A stretch of 64,000 bases of DNA from Octopus vulgaris (GCA_951406725.2 OX597823.1:28954001-29018000); one strand, 5' to 3'; counted from the first letter of the stretch, positions 12,538-27,023 are shown. Notes: generated by a model from the letters alone, not told the origin. Translations and numbers: made by a program.

Positions 12538-13086
12538 TTGAGTGAGAGAGCAGTGCATGCCATCAAAGTGACACTGGGGTAAAATATACGAAGCCCAGTA
12601 TACCCATCATGACTACCCGTCGGATAAGGATACACTAGGCCCATGCATCACAACCATATGTGCGCGACATGGTGATCTCATATCAAAATAAACAGCACAT
12701 GACCTTGCAGGTGGGGCCCAGTTAGAATTATCTTCAGGTCGAGTAACCCATCCTACTCGAAGGGTCCCTGAATAAGGGTTGTTTAAGGATGTTGAACGAA
12801 ACACCCATGTTTCCAGAGGTGAATTATGAAAACCCCAAAGAATCCCTCTCAACACATGCTCCCCCACTACTTCTGCTCGTGATCAGAGATGCACATATCG
12901 TCAACCACTAAGGGACATGCTCAACTGGTTAAAGTCAAACAACTGACAAGCAAATCTGTGGTATTGAGCAGAATATTTGCTGTAGCCCATCTTTTATACC
13001 AAGACAGAACATTGTACATGATAGCACTTCCAATCAGTTAAGATCAGAAGCCATGAGAGCCACTGCCTGGTACTGCATCAGGGCAT
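12538..13086 (-). mobile_element. ~550-bp non-coding interspersed element in (AAT)n
   Basis: Same sequence with closely matching ends at 20623-21180, 21197-21740 and 32853-33393; always bounded by AAT-type repeats. Confidence 0.85.
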
Positions 13087-13097
13087 TATTATTATTA

Positions 13098-13129
<32 letters not shown>

Positions 13130-13135
13130 GTTATT

Positions 13136-13196
<61 letters not shown>

Positions 13197-13248
13197 CCAT
13201 CATCATCATCACCATCACCATCATCACCATCACCATCACCATCATCAC

Positions 13249-13361
<113 letters not shown>

Positions 13362-13412
13362 TCACAGCCTGGAATCGAACTCGGAATCTTGGGGTTCCAG
13401 GCAGTGGTATAC

Positions 13413-13470
<58 letters not shown>

Positions 13471-13474
<4 letters not shown>

Positions 13475-13847
13475 GCTTTCTAATTCATGTATCAATACCG
13501 GCAGATGACAACGTGTCTCTAAAAGAAATGGAGAAACTTTCAAAATACAAAGACCTGGAAATAGAGGTAACCAGAATGTGGAATCTAAAAACAGAAACAA
13601 TTCCTATCATAGTAGGTGCATTAGGCATGATAAAAAAAATATTCAGACAAATACATAACAAAAATACCAGGACTTACAAACACATATAACATACAGAAAA
13701 TTGCACTACTAGGCACTGCACACATCCTACGCAGAACACTTTCCATACAATAACCATCAGAGCATCACAACAAATCACAGCACATACCCAAGGCACACAG
13801 AGCTGCGCTCGGTAGTGAAGTGAAAGCACGCTATAAAAATAAAACTA

Positions 13848-13850
<3 letters not shown>
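13471..13850 (+). mobile_element. 3' fragment of R4/Dong-like RLE LINE
   Basis: Close match to the reverse complement of 31428-31795 (SLKEMEKLSKYKDLEIE region plus 3' UTR); flanked by (AAT)n. Confidence 0.88.
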
Positions 13851-13941
<91 letters not shown>

Positions 13942-13988
13942 TCGAGGCATACCTTATGAATGAGAACCCAGGTTCGAAACTTCCTCAA

Positions 13989-14034
13989 GACACCTGATGA
14001 AGGTTGGAGGGTGTATCAGCCGAAACGATGTGTT
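13989..14034 (+). ncRNA. Hammerhead ribozyme copy, probably inactive
   Basis: GACAC CUGAUGA A GGUUG..CAGCC GAAAC GAU GUGUU; same family as 12430-12475 but the cleavage-site U is replaced by A. Confidence 0.6.
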
Positions 14035-14089
14035 AACAACAAACAAGATGAGTACAAATATCCGTCAAATATCAACTATAAATGTGGTT

Positions 14090-14800
14090 TTCCTCCTGTT
14101 TGTAACGTCCAAGTCCCTTGACTACTGGAGGTAATATCGGACAGCGGTTGAGATGATGACAGCTATTGATCCAGCAAGACGTGTCAACGACTGTCGTCTT
14201 ATCGCCAGGCAACTAACCTATACTTATCCTAAATGAATTGTCACCTTTGGAGAATTCTTGATTCTTGCGATTATCCCTCCTCCTGATAAGGAGCTGGACT
14301 TCATTACTATTTTGTAATTACGACACACTATCTAGAGAAGGAGATAATTTTTATGCATCAAGAATTTATTTCGTATTGTAACTGATACACCAGTATTTGT
14401 CTATATAGAATTTAATTGCTATCTCTTCAGGAAATTTGTCTTCATATTGTTTGAAGATTATGGAACGGTTTTCTTTGATTTATTTTTCGTGCATTCCTCA
14501 AAAGTTTAGAATGTCAAAGTGTGAAATGTTCTACTGGCCTTAAGGATTACCATATGCAAAATGGTTGCTCTACAAAACATTCTAGCTAATGTGTGTTCAG
14601 CAATTTTACAAGAAGATACCATCGGCTAATTCTTCGCCATACTAAACTAATAATGTTTTCCGTAGAGGCTGTGTACCAAGAACTAGATATCCAGACTCTA
14701 CAATAACATCCAAATTTTGAAGATTTGTTTCTCAAATCAGATACAACAACAGAAGTTATTATCATTCTAGACGTTCAGGGTTACATTATTTCCTGTGTTA
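14090..14800 (-). mobile_element. Decayed RTE-like LINE remnant
   Basis: Minus strand RRQSLTRLAGS near 14168-14200 resembles the RTE RR..R.AGH motif; heavily degraded. Confidence 0.35.
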
Positions 14801-14857
14801 ATGCTGGACACAAAGGGAAACTAAATACATTTACACACGCATATGTATATGTATATG

Positions 14858-14896
<39 letters not shown>

Positions 14897-14972
14897 ATTA
14901 TATGAATGTGTGTGTACATATATATTTGTGTGTGGGGTGAATACTTACGTGTATTTACTGTATATATTCATC

Positions 14973-15003
<31 letters not shown>

Positions 15004-15013
15004 CGATATATAC

Positions 15014-15071
<58 letters not shown>

Positions 15072-15079
15072 ATATATAG

Positions 15080-15244
15080 AAGTGGCTGAGTACTACGAAG
15101 CTTGCTACCCAACCACATAGTTTCGGGTTCAGTCCCGCTGCATGGCAACTTGGGCAAGTGTCTTCTATTATAGCATCGGGCCGACGAAAGCCCTGTGAGT
15201 GGCTTCAGTGGACGGAAACTGAAAGAATCCCGTCATATATATAA

Positions 15245-15323
<79 letters not shown>

Positions 15324-15512
15324 TCCCTCCACCATTGCTTGACAACCGATGTTGGCGTGTTTTACGCACCCGTAACTTAGCTGTTCGGCAAAAGAGACAG
15401 ATAGGATAAATATTGGGCTTACATAGAATAAGTCCTGTGGGTCGATCTCTTCGGCTAAAGACGGTGCTGCAGTATGGGCACAGGCAAATAACTGAAACGT
15501 GTAAACAGTGTA
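15080..15512 (+). mobile_element. SINE family A
   Basis: Head, body, internal (TA)/(TG)n and tail homologous to 41441-41898. Confidence 0.85.
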
Positions 15513-15794
15513 AAAAAAAACACACAAAACATATACTCACATGCATATACATATGTGCGTATATGCGAAGCAGTGTATGTCAGTAGATGAGAATATTTAG
15601 ATATTTCAATACATATTAACACCTGAGACTTTTCGTATAACAACATTTTTTTATCTCCTCATATGGAGAAAGCGTTTAAACCGTCTCCCTACGTAACTCA
15701 TTCTCACCAACATTCTCTTTGTCTCGCATTCTCTCCTCTCTCTCTCTCCTTCTCTCTCGCAATACGCTTCTCCCTCTCACTTTCTGTCTATGTT

Positions 15795-15875
<81 letters not shown>

Positions 15876-15944
15876 GCATGTATGTATGTATATATATATA
15901 CACGTATACAAATATACAGGTTTGTGTGTACGTGAAGTGCATAC

Positions 15945-15999
<55 letters not shown>

Positions 16000-16155
16000 T
16001 GTATGTATGTATCTGTATATATATATATGCATTTATAAATATATATATTTATACACACACACACACCTATACATAAATACATACATATTCACTTATTTAT
16101 GTGAATTGATAGGTAGATAGATATTCGATATAGATAAATATACATCTGACCGTGA

Positions 16156-16201
<46 letters not shown>

Positions 16202-16320
16202 GCGCGTACGAGTTAAAGCGCGTGCATGTGAATGAATGAGCTTGGCTCTAAAACACATTTCTCTGGGTGTATTTCTACACAAGCACGCATAAACACGTTC
16301 GCGCGCACACATACACTCAC

Positions 16321-16424
<104 letters not shown>

Positions 16425-16614
16425 ATATCTATATGGAGATATTCGACACAAACCAATGTACATTTAAAGCTCATGATATAGTCTTCCTTTTTTTTCCTCT
16501 GTCTTTCCTCTGAATATTTCAAAATATTCGGTCTGAACACACCACTTCTGTGTACCCTTCGCAAAACATTCTCTAATACTTGTGTATATTTATATACGCA
16601 TTATTGTCTCCGCA

Positions 16615-16678
<64 letters not shown>

Positions 16679-16798
16679 TACGTGTACACGTGTGTATGCG
16701 TGTGTGTGCGTGCATGTGTTAGCTTTTATAAATACATATATGCACATATATGTAATATATATGCATATACTTATATACATAAATGATTTGTGTCATGT

Positions 16799-16844
<46 letters not shown>

Positions 16845-16947
16845 ACATATATTCATATACATATATACATACACACACATATATATACCTACATCAATAT
16901 ATGCATGTGTGTGTATGAGTCTATGAGTGTATATGCGTAAATATATG

Positions 16948-16993
<46 letters not shown>

Positions 16994-16996
16994 CAT

Positions 16997-17281
16997 ATCA
17001 CGTGACCGACCAGAGCATCAGATGTTGCTACACATCGCTGGTCACAATGCGTTCGCATTGTTTTAGCCTTCGAATGACGCCATCCCACTAGCTAAGCGAG
17101 CAGGCCAACAGAAGAAAGAGTGAGAGAAAGAGTGGTGAAAGAGTACAGCAGGGATCACCACCCCTTGCCGGAGCCGCGTGGAGCTTTTAGGTGTTTTCGC
17201 TCAGTAAACACTCACAACGCCCGGTCTGGGAATCGAAACCGCGAGTCCGCTGCCCTAACCACTGGGCCATTGCGCCTCCAC
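16997..17281 (-). mobile_element. tRNA-derived SINE family C
   Basis: Minus strand starts TGGAGGCGCAATGGCCCAGTGGTTAGGGCAGCGGACTCGCGGTTTCGATTCCC (A/B boxes); second copy at 22460-22741. Confidence 0.85.
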
Positions 17282-17287
17282 ATGTAT

Positions 17288-17381
<94 letters not shown>

Positions 17382-17402
17382 ATGTATGTATATATATATA
17401 TA

Positions 17403-17433
<31 letters not shown>

Positions 17434-17522
17434 ATGTATCAGCTTATATATTGCTGAGAGCGTCGCCTGGAATCGAAATGGAAATAAATTGACTCTCAAG
17501 ATAGTACATGTGTATGTGTGTT

Positions 17523-17592
<70 letters not shown>

Positions 17593-17868
17593 CATGTTTA
17601 TACACGTAAGTAGATATCTAGGTTTAGTTTTGTGCGGTTAACACGGAGCTAAACTTTTAGAGATACATCCGTATTTTTGTAGATAGATGATGGATAGATC
17701 ACGAGATCGATCGATCGATCAACTGAATGATAGGTAGATATTTATCAATATTAACGAAAATATACACACTTATATACACACGTACAATAAATTAAATACC
17801 TTTTATGATTTTCTCTGTATACAGAGACAGAGACGCACGCGCATATATATATATATATATACAAACAT

Positions 17869-17938
<70 letters not shown>

Positions 17939-18051
17939 ATATGTATGTGTATATATATATGCTCATACACATGTATGTATAGATGATTGATTACGCATTC
18001 ATGCTTAACCCTACATGTCTGTTTTTTGGATCTTCCTGTGTATATATATAT

Positions 18052-18628
18052 TCTTTTACTCTTTTACAGTTTTCAGGCATTTGAATGCGACCATGCTGGA
18101 ACACCGTCTTTAGTCGAGCAAATCGACCACAGTACTTATTCTTTGTAAAGTCTAGTACTTGTTCTATCGGTTCTTTCGCCGAACCGCTACGTAACGGCGA
18201 CGTAAACACACCACACCTACATCGGTTGTCAAGTGATGTTGGGTGGGGGACAAACACAGACACACAAACACACACACATACATACATATATATATGTGTG
18301 TATGTATAGCTTCAGACTATAGTAGAAGACACTTGCCCATGGTGACACGCAGTGGGACTGAACCCGGAACCATGTGGCTGGTAAGCAAATCGCTTACCAC
18401 ACTGTCACGCATGGGCCTATGTATGCATATACTTTCATAATTACACATACACACACACATATATATATACATATATGTATATGACGGGGTTCTTTTCAGT
18501 TTCCGTCTACCTAATCCACACACAAGACTTTGGTCGGCTCGAGGCTATAATAGAAGACGCTTGCCCAAGGTGCCACGCAGTGGGACTGAACCCGGAACCA
18601 TGTGGCTGGTAAGCAAGATACTTACCAA
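18052..18628 (-). mobile_element. SINE family A, two adjacent partial copies
   Basis: Tail at 18052-18250; heads at about 18315-18410 and 18481-18628. Confidence 0.8.
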
Positions 18629-18673
18629 CGCCTTGTTTGTATTTACATATATTTACACACACACATACATTTA

Positions 18674-18720
<47 letters not shown>

Positions 18721-18787
18721 TATTAGAGAGAGAGAGAGAGAGAAAGGTGAGCGGAATAAATAGATACAGAGAGAGATACGTACATAC

Positions 18788-18824
<37 letters not shown>

Positions 18825-18876
18825 ATACACCTTTGTATAATTTCATACCTTCATACTACATAGTCTTTTCTCTGTT

Positions 18877-18912
<36 letters not shown>

Positions 18913-19237
18913 ATACACACGCACATACATACACACGTATACACACACACTCACACATGCATATATACATGCGCATGTACACACACACACACACACACAC
19001 ACTCACAAATACTTACGCGCGCGCACACGCACACACACATTCTCGCAACGCGCTGCCTCTCCCCCTCCCCCTCCCCCCGCTTCTCAGCTGCAACATCTTT
19101 TCCATCACCTGATTGCAGAACACTGTGCTGTACTACGAGATTCGACTCTTAGCAAAAATATAAGTACTAATAACACATTCGAAGACCCAGTCTTCGCTCA
19201 CAGATTTGCACTAATGCTAAATAGCAGCATGGTTATT

Positions 19238-19388
19238 GGGAGAGCGAAAGTGAGAGAGAGAGAGAAAGTGAGAGAGAGAGAGAAAGTGAGAGAGAGAGAG
19301 AAAGTGAGAGAGAGAGAGAGAGAGAGAAAGTGAGAGAGAGAGAGAAAGTGAGAGAGAGAGGGTAAGTGAGAGAGAGAGAGAGCGCGAA

Positions 19389-19422
<34 letters not shown>

Positions 19423-19582
19423 TGAGAGAGAGAGAGAGAGAAAGTGAGAGAGAGAGAGGGAAAGTGAGAGAGAGAGAGAGCGAAAGTGAGAGAGAGAGAG
19501 AAAGTGAGAGAGAGAGAGAGAGAAAGTGAGAGAGAGAGAGAGAAAGTGAGAGAGAGAGAGAAAGTGAGAGAGAGAAAGAGTG
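19238..19582. repeat. Compound (GA)n-AAGT minisatellite
   Basis: Repeated GAGAGAGAGAGAGAAAGT units of variable GA length. Confidence 0.9.
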
Positions 19583-19961
19583 GGAGGGAGAGTTGGAGAA
19601 AGTGTGTGAAAGACCGTGTGTTATTTGTGGTGAGAGCTTTCTCCCTTTCCCTCTCTCTCTCACTCATTCCCTCTTTTTCTTTGTCTCTCTGTCTTTCTCT
19701 CTCTCTCTAAAGATATAAGTAGATTCATATAAACGGTTGCTAAATAGAAAGAAAAGCAATGGAGAGACGGGGAGAGAGAGAGAGAGAGAGGGAGCAGGAG
19801 AGACTTGGGAAGGAGAGAATGTTTGAAGGAACGCGAAGGCGAAGGAGGAAACAGAAACTGAAGAGAGAGAGGATTAAGCAACGAGAAGATAAGAAGGTGG
19901 GAGAGAGTATTGATGAGGTACAAGGAGGAGGAGACTAACAGAGATAGGTAGGGAGAGACGG

Positions 19962-19963
19962 AG

Positions 19964-20038
<75 letters not shown>

Positions 20039-20097
20039 AAAAAGAAAGAAAGAAAGAAGGAAAGAAAGGAAGAGGGAAAGAAAGAAAGGAAGAGGGA

Positions 20098-20165
<68 letters not shown>

Positions 20166-20168
20166 AAA
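19962..20168. repeat. (GAAA)n microsatellite
   Basis: Directly visible. Confidence 0.95.
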
Positions 20169-20541
20169 ACGATATAATGGGGGTAATGGGGGTAGAAAGA
20201 GGAAAGGTATTGGGTGGATGACAGAGGGAATGATAGAGAGTAAGAGTGATAAAGAGAAAAAGAGAGAGATATGGAAAGTAGACGGGTGAGAGAGAGGTGG
20301 AGGGGGTTGTTTGCTCGTTTCGTCGTCCTTATATATGAGACATTGTAACACAACACTATGAATGTAGGTCGTAACCGGGAAGGAATCAGATAAGGGTTCC
20401 AATTTCACCTCATCTCAGTAATGCCACACCCACCGCCACCACCATTGCTAAAACTACCACCACGACAGCTAATAATAACAATAATAATAATAATTTTTTT
20501 TTACCCCAGTGTCACTTTGATGACATGCGCTGCGCTCTTAC

Positions 20542-20622
<81 letters not shown>

Positions 20623-20625
<3 letters not shown>

Positions 20626-21740
20626 CCCTTATGCAGTAACAGGCTTTGTCACTCATGGCTCTTGATCTTAACTGATTGGAAGTGTTATCATGTATATTGT
20701 TTTGTCTTAGTATAAAAGATGGACTACAGCACATATTCTGCTCAATGCCACAGATTTGTTTGTCAGTTGCTTGACCTTAGCTATTGAGCATGTCCTTTGC
20801 TGGCTGTCGATATGTGCATCTCTGACTACGAGCGAAGGTATTGGGGGGGGGGGGATCATAGCCGTGTGTTGAGAGGAATTCTTTGGGGTTTGAATAATTC
20901 ACCTCTGAAAACCTGGGTGTTTTTTCATCATCATTAAACAAAACTTATTCAGGGACCTTTTGAGCGGGATGGGCTACTCGACCTGAAGAAAATTCTAACT
21001 GGGCCCCACCCGCAAGGTAATGTGCTGTTTATCTTGATATGAGATCACCATGTCGCGCACATATGGTTGTGATGCATGTGCCTAGTGTACCCTTATCAGA
21101 CGGGTAGTCATGATGGGTATACTGCACTTCGTATATTTTACTCCAGTGTCACTTTGATGGCATGCACTGCTCTCTCACTCAATATTAATAATAATATTGC
21201 CCTTATGCAATAACAGAATTTGTCACTCATGGCTCTTGATCTTAACTGATTGGAAGTGTTATCATGTATATTGTTTTGTCTTAGTATAAAAGATGGGCTA
21301 CAGCACATATTCTGCTCAATGCCACAGATTTGTTTGTCAGTTGCTTGACCTTAACTATTGAGCATGCCCTTTGCTGGCTGTCGATATGTGCATCTTTAAC
21401 TACGAGCGAAGGTATTGGGGGAGCATCATAGCCATGTGTTGAGAGGAATTCTTTGGGGTTTGAATAATTCACCTCTGGAAACCTGGATGTTTTGTTCATC
21501 ATCATTAAACAAAACTTATTCGGGGACCTTTTGAGCAGGATGGGCTACTCGACCTGAAGAAAATTCTAACTGGGCCCCACCCGCAAGGTTATGTGCTGTT
21601 TACCTTGATACAAGATCAACATGTCGTGCCCATGTTCCTATTGTACCTTTATCAGACGGGTAGTCATGATGGGTATACTGAGCTTACAATATGTTTTACC
21701 CCAGTGTAACTATGATGGCATGCACCGGTCTCTTACTTTA
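20623..21740 (+). mobile_element. Two tandem copies of the ~550-bp AAT-associated element
   Basis: 20623-21180 and 21197-21740, preceded by a tail fragment at about 20500-20545. Confidence 0.85.
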
Positions 21741-22009
21741 CAATAATAATAATGGTTTCCAAATTTTCCACAAAAGGCAGCCATTTTGGTGGAGAGGAGA
21801 TAAGTCGATTATATCGACTCGTGTTTCACTTGTATTTAAATTATCACCACCAAAAGGAGGGAAGCCGCCCTCAGAGGAATTTGATCTCAGAACGCTAAGG
21901 GCGTAATACTACTAAGCATTTCGTCCAGTGTGTTAACGATACCGCCAGCTTGAACGAAATTAACTTTTGAAAATTTAAATACGAAACGTAGCAAACGAAC
22001 GAATCGACC

Positions 22010-22133
<124 letters not shown>

Positions 22134-22383
22134 AAGGATAAAATCACGTGTATTGTGTTGACGAATAAAAAAAGCCTGTTTTTACGGTTTTAATCCAGAA
22201 ATTGGAACCAATTCACAATTAAAGTGAAGTTTTTTAATATTCTTTCTCTAGCTCGTTTTCAGTCATGCGTATATTTAATCTGGAGGTTTTGGTAATTTTT
22301 TGAATGTCTCGCCACTTGGAGTAAGGTTGTTTTCGCCCTTGCTCCCTTAATATAATTATATACATATGTATAGTATATAGCTA

Positions 22384-22459
<76 letters not shown>

Positions 22460-22464
<5 letters not shown>

Positions 22465-22741
22465 CGTGATCACCGTGACCGACCAGACCATCAGATGTTG
22501 CTACACATCGCTGGTCACAATGCGTTTGAATTGTTTTAGCCTTCGAACGACGCCACCCAGCTGGCTAATCGAGCAGGCCAACAGAAGAAAGAGTGGTGAA
22601 AGAGTACAGCAGGGATCACCACCTCCTGCCGGAGCCTCGTGGAGCTTTTTTAGGTGTTTTCGCTCAATAAACACACACAACGCCCGGTCTGGGAATCGAA
22701 ACCGCGAGTCCGCTGCCCTAACCACTGGGCCATTGCGCCTC
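22460..22741 (-). mobile_element. SINE family C
   Basis: Homologous to 16997-17281; (TA)n on both sides. Confidence 0.85.
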
Positions 22742-22743
22742 CC

Positions 22744-22810
<67 letters not shown>

Positions 22811-22919
22811 ATATATATATATATATATATGTATGTACGTATATATATATATGTGTGTGTGCGTGTTTGTGCGTGTGTGTATGTATGAGTGTATGTATGT
22901 ATGTATGTAATGTGTGTGA

Positions 22920-24440
22920 GGGGTCTATGTCATCCTTTATGTAGCTTGGTATCAGTGGGCCTAAAGGTTTGAGGAGTACATTTATGAAGTGGCTTAGTTG
23001 TGTTGGCGCCTGGGGCCCTGCCACTATTGGTCTCATTGTGAGGTCTGCGGGCCTTTGTATTCTTGTATAATGGCTCCTTTGTTCCTTTATGGCTCTCTGT
23101 ATTTCAGAGCTTTTATGAATTTTAGGTAATCCATAAAAGTTGCTATCTTTGGTTCTTGAGTTGCATGAATAGTCTTCCTCCTTGTCTGTAAAGGAGTCCT
23201 GGTATTCATTGACTAATGTTCCAATTTTTGTCAATGTTGCTTTCTCCGGTCGTGTTGGTTCCACTCCATAGTATGTGTGGTTGTTAAGCAACTCTAGTAT
23301 CTTTTCTTTGTAGCAATCAGTATCAATAATTACTATTGCCTCACCTATGTCAGCTTCTTTTATAATGATCGACTTGTCATTTTTTTTAGTTTTTGTAAGG
23401 CTTGTTTTTCTCCTCTGCGGAGGTTCTGTTTGCATTTGTATGTGTTGAGAGGGAATTTGGAGATTGTCTCTATGTATGCGTCTAGGTGTTTGTCACTTCC
23501 TTTGTAAGGGGTGAAATGGGATTTTTTTCTTATGATTGAATTATCTTCTGTTTCTTTATTTTCAAAGAATTCCATAAGGCGTAGGCGGCGGCTAAATTTG
23601 TCTATATCAGATTTTAGTTCTATGAGATCTGGAGTGGGTGTGGGTGTAAATCTGAGGCCTTTTAGAAGTAGGTTCATTTCATTTTCGCTAAGTTCTCTTT
23701 TAGATAGGTTTATTATTTTGGGGTCTATTGTGTTGTTGCGTCTCCAAATTCCATTTTCAGGTCTTAGGTTTTCTTGTAGCAGTAGGGGTGGTCTATATGG
23801 TCTGTATGTGTTGTTTTGTCTGTTGTAGTTGTTTTCTTCCCATCTTCTGGCCAATTTCCATTCCTGGGGATCAGGTTTCTTTGTGGGTAGTTGGATGGTT
23901 CATATTGTGCGTTTGTATTGTTTTGATAGTGGAGGTTGCTTTCTATCCATCTTGTAAATTTGTGGGGTCGCATGGGGTTGATGTTTGATTGGTTTGGATT
24001 TCCTCGACGTTTGTTGTAGGTTATGTGTTGAGTTCTATCTACTTGTCTATTGCTCCATGTGTGTATCCATTTAGGATGTCCAGTGTTATGTATTGGTGGT
24101 TGTTCATATTCTGTTTGTTCTTTTCAAGTGTTATCGGTTGTTGGTTGCTGTCTGTGTGTTTGTCTTTGTAGGATTTTGGGTCGATGGTCGTATTTCATAT
24201 TTTATGTGTCTGTTTATTGGCAGTGTAAGGAGCGGGTTTTTGGTTTGTGTTTGATAGGGTTTATTTGGATGTCTGGGAGTCCAATATGTTTGTGGTCTTG
24301 GTTTGTTGTATCGTTTCGTTTGTTTTGGTGGTTGTTTTCATAATTGATTTTTCTCCATAGTTCTTTTCGTCGTTTAAGAACCACTCTTGATGTTTGGTCC
24401 ACATAATTCTGGATCTTTCCTTCTTTCGTTTAGTATCCTC
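22920..24440 (-). mobile_element. Penelope-like element, N-terminal ORF and start of RT, frameshifted
   Basis: ORFs 23360..23854 and 22743..23435 contain IINLSKRELS..LLKGLRFTPTP, IIIKEADIG, FYGLPKIHK, MRPIVAGP, SYIKDD, typical of PLE RTs. Confidence 0.88.
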
Positions 24441-24446
24441 TTTCCA

Positions 24447-24840
24447 TGGGGAACTGCGAAAGATTCCACTGAGTAAACACCTAGATACATGTGGAGAAGG
24501 AAAATTTTAAATCTTTCCCTTCAATAAATGCCCAAAGAATGACACCTCCTTCAGGAAAAATATGGAAAAATACTTCATAACAAAGTTCTCCCCCAAACTG
24601 AATGGCTGAAAATATTTCTATAATAATTTATTCTAGATAAAGGACCAATTTTGTAAAGTAAATTATATTAAACACACACACACACAAAGTACTACACATA
24701 TGTACATATACATAAATAAAAACAATCTTACATCCAGATTCTCCATCCTATGTCAGCACAGGAATCAAACATTGGATTGAAAGAACTGAACAGCGGTATA
24801 AATATCAACACAATTCTACTTCAACACAATTATTTCATAC
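24447..24840 (+). mobile_element. Inverted 3' segment of a Penelope-like element (GIY-YIG C-terminus and UTR)
   Basis: Plus strand reads ELRKIPLSKHLDTCGEGKF*IFPFNKC...FRKNMEKYFITKFSPKLNG*, resembling the PLE GIY-YIG end (H..., E...I....P.LN). Confidence 0.7.
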
Positions 24841-24901
24841 ATACACACACACACTCTCTCTCTCTCTCCCTCTTTCTCTACCTCTCTCTCTCTCTCTTTA
24901 T

Positions 24902-24950
<49 letters not shown>

Positions 24951-25023
24951 CCTCTCTCTCTCTCTCTCACACTAGACAATGATAAAACGAAATCCAGACA
25001 GTTTTTTGAAAAATAACATTTAC

Positions 25024-25096
25024 CCTCCTTGAAGTGACCAGCTGGGTTTGCCATTTCTAAAAACCAAGAATCATTTACTATTGAAAGACTGACCAG
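25024..25096 (-). CDS. Candidate host-gene exon (LVSLSIVNDSWFLEMANPAGHFKE+G)
   Basis: Acceptor ctgacatctttgcAG, donor GAGG|GTAAAT, 73 nt, open frame, unique sequence between microsatellites. An alternative internal acceptor gtttttAG also exists. Confidence 0.45.
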
Positions 25097-25202
25097 CTGC
25101 AAAGATGTCAGCACATTTTTTCTTCTTTCTCTCTTCCTTCTTCCTTTCCTTCTCTTTTCCATTGACACTTTTTTCAGATACAAAAGCACACACGCGCGCA
25201 CG

Positions 25203-25241
<39 letters not shown>

Positions 25242-25508
25242 GCACTCTCACTTTCTCCCCATTCCTCACCCTCTTGTAATATCTTATATCTCTCTCCACC
25301 CCTATACACTCAATAATACTGTAAAAAGAGATAAAATTCCTGAAAAAGTTCAATCTGGCGACTCCACTAGAGTGGACGCAAGCGCTAATATATGATTTAC
25401 AAGAACATGTGACATATTAATAAATATCTGTAAATATAGAACCATCCAGATTTCTGAGTACCTTATATTTTTCTAATATATAATAACTGTACATCATCTC
25501 CAAACCTT

Positions 25509-25584
<76 letters not shown>

Positions 25585-25960
25585 GTATAAATGTGAAACA
25601 AGGTGGAGAGGTAGAGTAATATTCTTTATTATTAAAGCAGCAAAAACATCACTAAAACCTGCTACTCAGAGTTTCACGCTTATTATGATCTTTTTGTAAT
25701 GTTTTTGCAGCTATATATACATGTGTTTGTGTGTGTATGTGTGAATAGACATATATATATGCACACACACACATACACACAAACTACAACTCTGTCCTTA
25801 TGAGTCTTCTTTCTCTTTGACAGTGTGTGCCTGTGACCGTCTGTACCTGTACGTATGTTTGTAGCGTGTGTGCTTGAAATTGCGCTGAGTTTGTGACATT
25901 CATTCACTGATTGCCTGCCATCGAGACTAGTGTATGCTCTCCTCCAACACACCTTACGTC

Positions 25961-26014
<54 letters not shown>

Positions 26015-26115
26015 CTCTCCGTTACACTCTCTTCCCTTCAGACTATACATTATGAAGCCTTCCAGCCGAATAACCAACATTATATCATGTAATTATTATG
26101 CAAAGATATCCTAAC

Positions 26116-26170
26116 TGGTAGACTATAACATCTCTGTTGACAGGTTCCCAATGAACCAGTGACTGATTTC
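26116..26170 (-). CDS. Candidate host-gene exon (R+KSVTGSLGTCQQRCYSLP)
   Basis: Strong polypyrimidine tract ttttcattgttttgttttacAG, weaker donor CCA|GTTAGG, 55 nt; phases fit both neighbouring candidates. Confidence 0.4.
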
Positions 26171-26928
26171 CTGTAAAACAAAACAATGAAAATGGCAAAA
26201 GAGTTTCTAACTCGCTGCAGAACGAAAAGCGAAGCTGGGATGCAAAAGAAAATGACAGACAATATACAATATGTCACATGCAGCCAACAACGAGGGTTTT
26301 GAGGTTTTATATGTCTCACTGGTACCTAAAAAGATAGTGTTTCACCCTATCCTGGGTCCTGGGTCGGTTTAGCAGATCTTTGTTTTACCCTTCTCAGTTT
26401 TATATATCCTTGTCCTTCTTACCCTTTCACTTGTTTTGGTCATTTGACTGCGGCCATACTGGGGCACCACCTTGAAGGGTTTTAGTCGGGCAAAACGGCA
26501 CCAGGACATTTTAACGCCTGGTACTTATTCCATTGGTCTCATTTGTCGACCAGCTTTGTTATGAAGCTGGTGGAGGACAAACACAGACACACGCGCACAC
26601 AGAAATACATACATATGTGTGTGTGTGTGTATGTCTTTCCGCTTGTCCTTCACCACCGTGCACCAGATTCACTCACAAGGCTTTGATAGGCCGGAGACTA
26701 TAGTAAAAGACACATGCCCAAGGCGCTACGCGGTGGGACTGAACCCGGAACCATGTGGTTGGACGGAAAACATCTTACAACACAACCACAACTGAGCGTA
26801 TATGTCACGCTGAATCTCCCCGAGAACTGTGTTAAGGGTACACGTGTCTGTGGAATGCTCAGCCACTTAAACGTTAATTTCACGAGCAGGCTGCTCTGTT
26901 GATCAAATCAACTGGAACCCTCGTCGCC

Positions 26929-27023
<95 letters not shown>

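Noticed and set aside
19040-19237. Unique island between microsatellites, possible promoter or exon
   Set aside because: No clear exon boundaries or motifs; cannot be supported from sequence alone.
19238-19582. Regular repeats that might suggest a CRISPR array
   Set aside because: Low-complexity GA satellite without unique spacers, in a eukaryotic context.
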